In this document: in pieces, positions 30,776-39,329 of the stretch
How the letters are laid out: every line of letters begins with the position of its first letter
Numbering within the stretch: the stretch's first letter is position 1
Assembly: GCA_016839765.1 (NCBI GenBank)
Contig: JAEOTP010000071.1
Location: 1-64,000, forward strand
Source of the DNA: Promethearchaeota archaeon
Lineage (GTDB): Archaea; Asgardarchaeota; Lokiarchaeia; Sigyniarchaeales; SOKP01
Direction of reading: 5' to 3'
DNA: 64,000 nt
Translations under genes and position numbers: made by a program
Notes under the pieces: generated by a model
What the model saw: the letters and a program-made list of their open reading frames with translations, nothing else
What the model was told of the DNA's origin: nothing
Database searches by the model: none

Positions 30776-30920
30776 ACTTACTGAAATAGTTATTTATAGT
30801 TTAGAATTAATAGGTAATATTCCATGGATAAAAACCATTCCTTTTTGACCAACATCCCTCCCCTGATCATAATCATCTGCATAATTGATATGTTTAAGAT
30901 TTTTAAAATTAAAAATAGTG

Positions 30921-31325
30921 TTATTCTATGTCAAACCAAACAGGAGTTTTGTCATCTACTAGTCCATTATAATTTATAGTTAACTCCTCACCCTCAGAAA
31001 TATCCTTAATAGCAGAAAATTCAATTGCATTTCGTTTGTAATCATACAAATATTTAACATTAGGCTCGTAGGAATGATTGATAAATTGGCTTACACTAAG
31101 CGTTATAGCGTTTTTAAATTCCGGTAAATGTTTTGGATCTTCCCAAATGTAGCAATAATCATATAATCTTGTTTTACATATTTTCTTGTAATCTTTATTT
31201 GGGATAGGAATTACATGTGCTATATCGATGAGAGCCCCTCTTTCAATTTGCCTTTTAGCAAATGCGCCTCTCCCTTTTTTCTCTGAAATATATTTTACTT
31301 CTATATATTCATGCATAAATATCAT
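30921..31325 (-). CDS. SET-domain protein-lysine methyltransferase (stand-alone)
   Basis: KGRGAFA, FINHSYEPN, AIKDI..GEELTINY. Confidence 0.88.
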   Translation of the reverse strand: MIFMHEYIEVKYISEKKGRGAFAKRQIERGALIDIAHVIPIPNKDYKKICKTRLYDYCYIWEDPKHLPEFKNAITLSVSQFINHSYEPNVKYLYDYKRNAIEFSAIKDISEGEELTINYNGLVDDKTPVWFDIE

Positions 31326-31371
31326 CTATTAATTGCTAATTAGAATATTTAATTAAATAACCTATATATTT

Positions 31372-31959
31372 TTATTCTATTGAAGCATGTCGCTTATCAA
31401 TATCAGCTTCTGACACACCTAATATCGTCATCAATACGCCTCCAATCGTATCTAAAATTGCTAGAGTTGAAATATCAAATAATGTTGTGTATGGGGCTAA
31501 AGTCTCTTCTGTTATTGCTTTTTCTTTACTTTTTCCTTCAATTTGAATTATTAGATCAGATAATTTTGCAATATTACTGTATGGATTGCTTGTAAATAAG
31601 ACTAGTTTTCCACCCATATCTTTAGCTTTTTCTGCTATTGCCAATGGAGAAGTTGTCTCTCCGCTTCCAGAAATAATAATTAATAAATCCTTGTGATTAT
31701 ATCTATGAGTAACAGCATCAGATATAAAGCAAGATTTAATTCCTAGATGCATTAATCTTTGGGCAAAACATCTACCTATAAAACCAGATCTACCTGCTCC
31801 ATAGAGAAAGACCATACGGTTATCACCATAAGTCTTAACAATTAAATCTATCAAGTTATTTATTTTTTCAAAATTGATTATATTACTATTTTTATTTATA
31901 ATTTCAGCTATTTCCATAAGGATATCTAAAAATCTCTTTTTTCGTTCTTCAAATTTCAT
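31372..31959 (-). CDS. hxlB: 6-phospho-3-hexuloisomerase (SIS domain)
   Basis: GAGRSG, FAQRLMHLG, ISGSGET, RHASIE terminus. Confidence 0.8.
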   Translation of the reverse strand: MKFEERKKRFLDILMEIAEIINKNSNIINFEKINNLIDLIVKTYGDNRMVFLYGAGRSGFIGRCFAQRLMHLGIKSCFISDAVTHRYNHKDLLIIISGSGETTSPLAIAEKAKDMGGKLVLFTSNPYSNIAKLSDLIIQIEGKSKEKAITEETLAPYTTLFDISTLAILDTIGGVLMTILGVSEADIDKRHASIE

Positions 31960-31978
31960 TTTTACTCACTTTTTAAAC

Positions 31979-33241
31979 TTATTCTTCTCTGAAAATTTCG
32001 GGATGTATACATCTTCTCCATTGTTCTACTGTTTCTTTTGGTCCCAGTCCAATTAATAAATCCCCTTCTTGAAATATGAAATCAGATTTAAAACTATAAA
32101 TCCATTTATCTTCTCTTTTCAGGGCAATAATATGAAAACCTCTTTTATAACGCCGATCTTGTGATTCTTCATATGTTTTATTCTTAAAATATGAATCTGG
32201 TGATAAAATTTCACGTACAACTACTTCTTGAGTTTCTTCAATAGCTTTTTGTAAAATGATATGGGGCTCAAAGCCTTTTAAAATATTTTCAGCTATATTT
32301 GCGGCGGCATCTGATATTTGTTCACAAGAAAAAACAATTCTCATTATACCTGTAAGATCACGAGGATTACCTACTAAATGAGCAAAATCTAAGAGATCTT
32401 TCTCGAATGTAATATTTAACCCATCCATAAGCTCTTCCATTTCTAAAACATCTTCAGCAACTTCATAACTATTAAAGAACAACGAAGCTAAAGCCAATTC
32501 TATCATCGTTTCCGAAATATCTGTAATTAATACATAATCTTTTTTTAATTCTTGAAGATTTTCTAATGTTTCTGGATTAGATAAGTCAAACTCTGATTCC
32601 TTCTTTTGATCATCAATCTGAAAAGAAATAACTTCATCATCAAAAACTAAGTTTTTTAATTCTCTAATCGGCTCGATTTCTCCTTTGATTATTAAAATAT
32701 CATTTTCTTGTATAATCTCATCTTTATTAAATAACCATTTTTCATCTCTTTTGATAGCAATTAAATCTACTCCATGTATTGAGCGAAAATGAACGTCACG
32801 CCGACATTTTCCTATAAATTCACATTTCCTTTTAACAGTAACTTTAACTATTGGTTCAGGTACCTCATCCCAGAATAATTGCGTAAAATCACAGATATCA
32901 CTATTAATATATACTACTTTTGCAATATCTGCTAATGCGTCTGAAATTTTATCAATCGAGTATCCCATAACTACTATTGGTTCTAGTTTTTTTGCCTCTT
33001 TTACACCTCCTGCCTGTGTCTGAATGATTTGTAAATTAAGTAAAAATGTTAATTCATGGATTCGCTTTTCAATTTTAGAAGCCTCATTAGCAATTTCCTT
33101 ACTTCCAAATTTTATTGCACTGTAAGCTAAATCAATCATTAAATCTATGCTTTGTTTCATTTCTCTAAGAATTTCTCTCACGGAGAGCGGTTTATATTTA
33201 AATTTCTTCTTCTTTCCATGCACCATACTATTTTTTTTCAC
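31979..33241 (-). CDS. PhoU-like plus TrkA-C (RCK_C) tandem-domain protein
   Basis: LMIDLAYSA / TMIELALASL duplicated PhoU helices, each followed by IAIKR.....W RCK_C. Confidence 0.8.
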   Translation of the reverse strand: MKKNSMVHGKKKKFKYKPLSVREILREMKQSIDLMIDLAYSAIKFGSKEIANEASKIEKRIHELTFLLNLQIIQTQAGGVKEAKKLEPIVVMGYSIDKISDALADIAKVVYINSDICDFTQLFWDEVPEPIVKVTVKRKCEFIGKCRRDVHFRSIHGVDLIAIKRDEKWLFNKDEIIQENDILIIKGEIEPIRELKNLVFDDEVISFQIDDQKKESEFDLSNPETLENLQELKKDYVLITDISETMIELALASLFFNSYEVAEDVLEMEELMDGLNITFEKDLLDFAHLVGNPRDLTGIMRIVFSCEQISDAAANIAENILKGFEPHIILQKAIEETQEVVVREILSPDSYFKNKTYEESQDRRYKRGFHIIALKREDKWIYSFKSDFIFQEGDLLIGLGPKETVEQWRRCIHPEIFREE

Positions 33242-33245
33242 TCCT

Positions 33246-33797
33246 TTAAATAAATAATAAAATAAATAATATCATAAAAAACGGGGTCAGAAAATCTAAC
33301 AATGATGTTGTAATCGGTATTAAGAAGTTGTTTGGATCTTTACCTTTTCTAAATAAAAAAATTGAACTAACGAACAGAAATACAAACATCAAGCTAAAAA
33401 GCAGTAATACAGTAATCATAATAATTAATATTATTAAAAAAGGGTTTACTATTATTATTCCGGAAATATAACTAAAAATATATCCTAGTATAATTAATGC
33501 AAATAAACTTAATAAAATAGTTATAAGTAATCCATAAAAATCTTCCTTTAATCTATTTGATTTTTGAATTTTAGGAGATATAGTACCAATATATAAATGA
33601 GATGTTAATCTAGAGATTAAAACTGTGGAAATATCTCCTATTAGAGAATTCAATGAAGGTAAAATTAATAAGATAATTGGAAAACTGTATAATACCTCTC
33701 GATTTTCTGAAAGAATAGTACCAGAAATCAATCCAAATATTGAGGATATAATAACTACTACAATTGATTCCTTGAAAATTCTCTTAAAGTAATCCAT
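33246..33797 (-). CDS. MgtE-family divalent cation transporter, membrane half
   Basis: P.LNS.IGD...SR.TS.L, GKDPNNF.IP.TTS..D. Confidence 0.8.
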   Translation of the reverse strand: MDYFKRIFKESIVVVIISSIFGLISGTILSENREVLYSFPIILLILPSLNSLIGDISTVLISRLTSHLYIGTISPKIQKSNRLKEDFYGLLITILLSLFALIILGYIFSYISGIIIVNPFLIILIIMITVLLLFSLMFVFLFVSSIFLFRKGKDPNNFLIPITTSLLDFLTPFFMILFILLFI

Positions 33798-34352
33798 TCA
33801 TGGCACCCCCAAAAGGATTATAGTGAGATAAAAACATATTACTGTAGAAAAGTCATCAACTGCCGTCATAATAGGATTTACAATGTTATTTGGATCTAGC
33901 CCATATTTGAAAGCTATATAATTTAAAATTGTTGAACAAGGGATTGAAATTGTTAGAGTTAATAGTATTGAAAAAATTGGAATAACAATTAATAAATCAA
34001 AGCGTACAAGAAATAATTTTACCAAAATTAAATCTAATAACAAACTAGATAAGCCAATTATAAATGCGGTTACCATCGACAATATATAAGTCGCAAGTAC
34101 ATTTTCTATCCAAGATTTTTTATTAAATTGACCAATAATTAAATCTCTAGAAGTTCTCGCAATAAAAGGACCACTTATATTTCCCCGCATAGAAAGTAAA
34201 GCAGGAACGATTAGAATTAATATAAAGAAACTGTCAAAAGGCAGAATTAAAAGGGTTAAAACAACGCCCGCCAAAATATCTCCCATAATTGAGACGATTT
34301 CTGCTGGAAAAACCTCTTTAACAATTTTCCCTTTAGTATCCTGCGCTTCCAT
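33798..34352 (-). CDS. MgtE-family divalent cation transporter, membrane half
   Basis: PALLSMRGNI, GLDPNNIVNPIMTAVDD; abuts the next MgtE-type gene. Confidence 0.8.
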   Translation of the reverse strand: MEAQDTKGKIVKEVFPAEIVSIMGDILAGVVLTLLILPFDSFFILILIVPALLSMRGNISGPFIARTSRDLIIGQFNKKSWIENVLATYILSMVTAFIIGLSSLLLDLILVKLFLVRFDLLIVIPIFSILLTLTISIPCSTILNYIAFKYGLDPNNIVNPIMTAVDDFSTVICFYLTIILLGVP

Positions 34353-34616
34353 ATACCATCATCATCAATATCTGATGATTCAGAAGTCGAATTTTCAAAC
34401 ATCTTTCTATTATTTATTTAAGGTTTAAATTAATTTAAAAATTTACTGAAAATTTGTAAAATATAATTAATTTGAATAAGAATAGCAATAAATTCTACTT
34501 TATCTTAAAATTGATCGATCTCTTATTATTAAAATTTTTATAAATTAGTCAAGCCTAATTATAATTCATTAATAAGTTAATTATTTAATTCAAAGTTATC
34601 TATAATATTATTTGAA

Positions 34617-35321
34617 ATGAAATTTGAAAAGTATGAATCTCGGTTCCAAGCGGGACAAATTTTAGCTGAATTTATATTAAAAAGTTCCACAGATTTAAAA
34701 AGCAAATTAGATAAATTTATTGACAAATTTTTTGTTTTTACAATACCTAATGGTGGTGTTCCTGTGGCTGAAGGATTTTGTAATAAACTAAATTTAAAGT
34801 ATGACATTATAATAGTTAGAAAGATTAAAATACCATTTAATACAGAAGCGGGCTTTGGAGCTATTACCACCGATGGTACAATTTTAATAAATGAACCTTT
34901 ATTAAATAGCTTAAATTTATCTAAATTTCAGCTTGAAAAATCAATAGAAAATACTAAAAATGAAATTAATAAGAGGACTAAATTTTATAATAAAAGTCCT
35001 GATTTACATGAGATATACAGAAAACTTATAGAAAATCAATATATTTTTTTAATGGATGATGGATTAGCATCCGGGTTTACGATGTTAGCTGCAATCCAAA
35101 TGATTAAAAAATATAAACCTGCTAAAACTTATATCGCAATTCCAACAGCACCATTACATACAATATCGAAGGTTCAAAAAGAAGTTAGTGAAGTTTTTTG
35201 CCCTAATAGCAGAAATACAATGTGGTTTGCTGTAGCTGATGCTTATCAATATTGGTATGATCTTCCTGAATCTGAAGTTCTTGAAATAATTAAAAAATCA
35301 AAGTTCTATTTTGACAAATAA
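34617..35321 (+). CDS. Phosphoribosyltransferase family protein
   Basis: R.QAGQ.LA, IPNGGVPVA, VRKI, MDDGLASGFT PRPP loop. Confidence 0.88.
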   Translation: MKFEKYESRFQAGQILAEFILKSSTDLKSKLDKFIDKFFVFTIPNGGVPVAEGFCNKLNLKYDIIIVRKIKIPFNTEAGFGAITTDGTILINEPLLNSLNLSKFQLEKSIENTKNEINKRTKFYNKSPDLHEIYRKLIENQYIFLMDDGLASGFTMLAAIQMIKKYKPAKTYIAIPTAPLHTISKVQKEVSEVFCPNSRNTMWFAVADAYQYWYDLPESEVLEIIKKSKFYFDK

Positions 35322-35366
35322 ATAAAACAAATCCTTGATAAAAAGAAAAGTAAAAAAAATATGAAA

Positions 35367-35633
35367 TTATGAGCTAACTAATTGAAAGAGAATCGAGGCA
35401 TGCGGAATGTAAAATTGATCTCCTTTCTTGATTACAACAGTATGGAAGTATTCTGCTAAACCAAGGAATCCGCGAATTACTGATTCATCTTCTTCAAATT
35501 TGAAAACAACTTTAGCGATAGCGGCACTTGTACCAAAAGTAACTTTATCATAAACACGTTCATCTATTAATGGAATTTTAAGTTCATTTACAATCTCATA
35601 GACCCGCTTAATAAAAAGTTCACGCTTAGGAAT
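35367..35633 (-). CDS. Small conserved-looking protein (88 aa) absent from the ORF track; probable ATT start
   Basis: Open frame (I)PKRELFIKRVYEIVNELKIPLIDERVYDKVTFGTSAAIAKVVFKFEEDESVIRGFLGLAEYFHTVVIKKGDQFYIPHASILFQLVSS*, with GGTGA 6 nt upstream and a T-rich tract downstream. Confidence 0.75.
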   Translation of the reverse strand: MPKRELFIKRVYEIVNELKIPLIDERVYDKVTFGTSAAIAKVVFKFEEDESVIRGFLGLAEYFHTVVIKKGDQFYIPHASILFQLVSS

Positions 35634-36048
35634 AATCCATCACCACTTTTCGAAAAATCTCCTCAATGATTAAATTATATTGAATTATATTTTTTATTTT
35701 AATTTTGAATTTATTTCATTCGAATAATTTAAAAATTTCTAATGAAATATCGTATATAATATTATTAGATTTAGGATTTTTAATTGTTATTTTTTTTGGT
35801 TTAAGATTTTAGATTTAATTTAGGATTTCACAAATTAGAAAATATTGTCATTCTTAAAATTAAAGGTTAAAATAACCTTTATCATTATTTTTTTTTCATG
35901 GAATTTTAATGTATTTAGTTAAAAAATAGGGTATATTCACAAATTATAAAAAACATAAAAGCAAAAATATAAATTAATATAATTGAATTATCACTATAAA
36001 TATATAATATTCTACTTTTAAAAATAACTTAGAGGATTTGATTAAATC

Positions 36049-36738
36049 TTGGTTTCAAAAGAACAAAAAAAGCTGGAACGCGTTATTAATTTTATGAAAA
36101 AGGGCTTGACTTCTTTATCAGATGATCTTGGGGAAACTGTTAAAGGGATTAATGATTTTATAAAATCTTTAAATAAAGCTATGAAAGATTTAAAAGAAGT
36201 AAAAGTTGAAGCTGAAGTTCAAACAGTTAGTACTTCCTCTAAAATAGTTGCAACGCCGGCTACTGGTAATGTTAAAACGGCTGCTGCGAGTACATTATTT
36301 AATTTATTAAGTGGAGGGAAAACACCAGTTCAAGCACCAACTACTGCTAGTGCTAGTCCTGGACTTCCTAAACCTCCTATAGCTGGAGCTCCAAAGGCTC
36401 CTCCTAGCGGTGGTGGTCCTCCAAAAGCACCACCAGGTGGCAGTCCTCCAACGCGTACTAATTTACCTCCAGCTCCAAAACTACCACCAGTATCAGGAAG
36501 TGGTGCTCCTCCTGTCGCTCCAAGTGGCGGGGTAGTAAAAGCACCAACATTTGCAAAACGAACCGGCCCCCCTGCAGCTCCTACCAGTGGCGGTCCACCA
36601 AGAGCTCCTGGAGCAGTGCCTCCCGTAGCACCAGCAGGATCAAGTGTCGCACCAAGAGCAGGAGGAGGTTTAAGTTCCTTAAGAGATGAGATGCTTGAAG
36701 AATTAAATCGTTTAAAGAAAATAATGAGAGGAGAATAA
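36049..36738 (+). CDS. Helical N-terminus / Pro-Gly-Ala-rich linker / WH2-like C-terminal helix protein
   Basis: Many PP and PxxP motifs; ends GGGLSSLRDEMLEELNRLKKIMRGE; GAGG upstream of the TTG start. Confidence 0.75.
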   Translation: MVSKEQKKLERVINFMKKGLTSLSDDLGETVKGINDFIKSLNKAMKDLKEVKVEAEVQTVSTSSKIVATPATGNVKTAAASTLFNLLSGGKTPVQAPTTASASPGLPKPPIAGAPKAPPSGGGPPKAPPGGSPPTRTNLPPAPKLPPVSGSGAPPVAPSGGVVKAPTFAKRTGPPAAPTSGGPPRAPGAVPPVAPAGSSVAPRAGGGLSSLRDEMLEELNRLKKIMRGE

Positions 36739-36836
36739 GCAAAATATAATTTTTCTTTTATGTAATAACTCCTATTTTTTATTGCTCTAATTATTTTCAG
36801 AAAGTTTTTTATTTCTATAAGAAGTGATTATAATAG

Positions 36837-37583
36837 ATGGAGAAAAAACATTATATCCTATGTGAAAATAAAATCCCTATTGTTGTTCCTAAAAGGTTAA
36901 TGGTTTTTGCGGGACATCCTGATGATGAAATCATATCATGTGGCGGGACGATACTTAAATATCAAGAATTAGGGTCTGAAATTATAATAGTAATTGCTAC
37001 CAGTGGTTTAGGAGGATATACTAAGAAATTAGACAAACCCAAGATTTTAGAACATCGTAAAAATGAGCTAAAATTAGTTGAAGATATAATAAAAGCTAAA
37101 ATAATTGATTTAAATTATTCAGATATTGAAATTAATAGGAAAAAGATATCCAAAATTACAAATTTAATACGAGATTGGCAACCACAAGTTATATTAATTC
37201 CTCATTTTTCGGATTTTCACCGTGTGCATCGTAATTTATCATTAATTACCCGTGAATCGATATATCATTGTTCAAGTGGAAAAGCGTATGGAGGTCATGA
37301 AAGAAGTTGGACTCCTTATGGAGTGTATTACTATGAATCTCCATCTTGTAAGTTTCAATATATTGATGCTTCAGTTTTTGTAATTGTCGATATAGAATAT
37401 TATTGGAATAGGAAGAAACAGATATTTAATCAAGTCTATGAATCGCAAAAAGAAGTACTCGAGCGGGTAATAGAATGGGCAGAAGACACAGCAATCTTAA
37501 GAGGGAATGAAATCAATTCGAAATATGGTGAAGCATATATTCCAATGACTGAATACACACCACTTAAAATCCTTTTGGTTTAG
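36837..37583 (+). CDS. PIG-L/LmbE family N-deacetylase
   Basis: AGHPDDE..SCGGT, R..E, H..DFH..H, YGEAY. Confidence 0.88.
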   Translation: MEKKHYILCENKIPIVVPKRLMVFAGHPDDEIISCGGTILKYQELGSEIIIVIATSGLGGYTKKLDKPKILEHRKNELKLVEDIIKAKIIDLNYSDIEINRKKISKITNLIRDWQPQVILIPHFSDFHRVHRNLSLITRESIYHCSSGKAYGGHERSWTPYGVYYYESPSCKFQYIDASVFVIVDIEYYWNRKKQIFNQVYESQKEVLERVIEWAEDTAILRGNEINSKYGEAYIPMTEYTPLKILLV

Positions 37584-37698
37584 ATTGCTAAAACTGAGGT
37601 ATATTTCACTGAAAATTTTATTAGTATAAAAATAAATAAATTAATTGATTATTAAATCAAAAGAATATGTAAACGAATTCCGATTCTAATTTGAAATT

Positions 37699-38814
37699 AT
37701 GGGAAATTTAACTGTTGTTCTCGATCTAGGATCCTTCGCCACAAAATGTGGTTTTGCTGGAGAAGATATGCCATCTCAGGTTTTTTTTACTATTGTTGGA
37801 ACTCCTAAATACCAACAAATCGATTTTGATTATGGAGGCGCAAAAACCGAGGAATTTTATGTAGGAGATGAAATCCAATCGTTAGGCCTCTTTAAAGTTC
37901 TTTATCCTATTGAAAAGGGAAGAATACAGGATTGGATATCGTTTGAAAAGATTATTGATTACATTTTTTACAACCTTCGAGTAGATCCAAGTTTAGTTAA
38001 TATTCTTTTCGCTGTCCATCCTTTATTTCCCCAGCAAGATTTAGCTCGATTATTTGAATTATTTTTAGAACACTATCAATGTATGGCATTTTATCCAGTA
38101 TTAGATTCAATGCTACCACTATACTCAGGAGGATTTCAGACAGGTTTGGTTGTAGAAATCGGTGATAGTCTTACTAGAATTGTACCAATTTATGAAGGGT
38201 ATAAGCTAGATCATGCAATTCGGATTTTAGAATTGGGTGGTAGAACCTTGACCAGATATATGGAAAAAATCCTAGGGGAGATTGGATTCTCTGCTGACTC
38301 ATCGATAAGACGAGAATTAGTTAGGGCACTGAAAGAAAAAGCATGCTTTGTATCCTTAGACTACAAGGAAGATCTTAAGCGTGTTGAGCAATATGAGAAG
38401 CCTTATTCATTACCTGATGGCTCTACTATTAAATTAAGTGGAGAACGATTTAAGGTTCCAGAACTTTTTTTTAATCCTTCTTTAGAACTTGAAGAAGACT
38501 CATTACCTAAAGCGATAATGGATGTAATAGAAGAATGTGATGTTGATATCCGTCCAGAATTATTAAATAATATATTTTTATCTGGAGGATCTTCAATGTT
38601 CCCTAATTTAAAGTCGCGAATTCATCAAGAGTTAGAATTAGAATTAGCAAAAAGAAAGAAAAAAGGTCAAATTATCAAAATCATTGCACCTAGAGAACGG
38701 GTTTTTTCTGTATGGGTTGGAGGGTCGATTTTATCTATGTTACCAGAGTTTCAAGATTTATGGGTTACAAGAACTAAATATTTTAATGAAGGTATCCCAG
38801 AAGACCTGTTATAA
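37699..38814 (+). CDS. Actin-family protein (Asgard actin-related)
   Basis: DLGS..TKCGFAGED.P, YPIEKG, TGLVVEIGD..T..VPIYEGY, GGR.LT.Y, KEK.C.V..D, LPDG, ERF..PE.FF.P, LSGGSSMFP, SVWVGGSIL. Confidence 0.95.
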   Translation: MGNLTVVLDLGSFATKCGFAGEDMPSQVFFTIVGTPKYQQIDFDYGGAKTEEFYVGDEIQSLGLFKVLYPIEKGRIQDWISFEKIIDYIFYNLRVDPSLVNILFAVHPLFPQQDLARLFELFLEHYQCMAFYPVLDSMLPLYSGGFQTGLVVEIGDSLTRIVPIYEGYKLDHAIRILELGGRTLTRYMEKILGEIGFSADSSIRRELVRALKEKACFVSLDYKEDLKRVEQYEKPYSLPDGSTIKLSGERFKVPELFFNPSLELEEDSLPKAIMDVIEECDVDIRPELLNNIFLSGGSSMFPNLKSRIHQELELELAKRKKKGQIIKIIAPRERVFSVWVGGSILSMLPEFQDLWVTRTKYFNEGIPEDLL

Positions 38815-38946
38815 CTTTATTATGCTAAAAAATCTAAGTTTTTAACAAGTAACTTGTAAATATTACATGCATATTACACTTCATTAAAAATATTATTCCG
38901 ATATTATAGTATAAACATATTTCTTTTTTTTTTGGTGTAAAGAGCA

Positions 38947-39312
38947 ATGGAAGAATTTCAGAACAGTAATTATGATCAATCGAAAATGTTAAAAAAATAT
39001 TTTAAACCTGATTACTCAGGTTTGTTTAATAAAATCAAAAATATAAAGGTCCCTGTAAAAAATGAAATTTTAATAGGGTTATTAGACGGCAATTGGCATT
39101 CAGAACTGGATTTAATTCGAATAGCAAAACGTCAACAAAAGTACATGGGTGCTGTTACGTTAGGTATGATGATAAACTCATTAAACAACGTATTAAAGAA
39201 TGATTATGTTGAAAAAAGAATGATAGATGGGAAACTATATTATAAAATCAGTGATAATTACGTTGGATTAACACGTGCTGCGTTTAATAAATATAAATTT
39301 AAATTAGATTAA
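38947..39312 (+). CDS. Small protein, probable winged-helix fold
   Basis: Helix-helix-helix followed by a VEKR...KLYYKI beta-hairpin pattern. Confidence 0.55.
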   Translation: MEEFQNSNYDQSKMLKKYFKPDYSGLFNKIKNIKVPVKNEILIGLLDGNWHSELDLIRIAKRQQKYMGAVTLGMMINSLNNVLKNDYVEKRMIDGKLYYKISDNYVGLTRAAFNKYKFKLD

Positions 39313-39329
39313 TTGAATTTATCGAATTT

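Noticed and set aside
30794-30900. Minus-strand open stretch (..INYADDYDQGRDVGQKGMVFIHGILPINSKL*) between nfo and the SET gene
   Set aside because: Too short, with no clear start or recognisable family; at most a gene remnant.
35769-35828. ATTTAGGATTT repeated twice in the long divergent intergenic region
   Set aside because: Short and AT-rich; compatible with chance.
36300-36680. Locally GC-rich segment that could be an RNA gene or foreign DNA
   Set aside because: Explained by Pro/Gly/Ala codons, with A/T still preferred at third positions.
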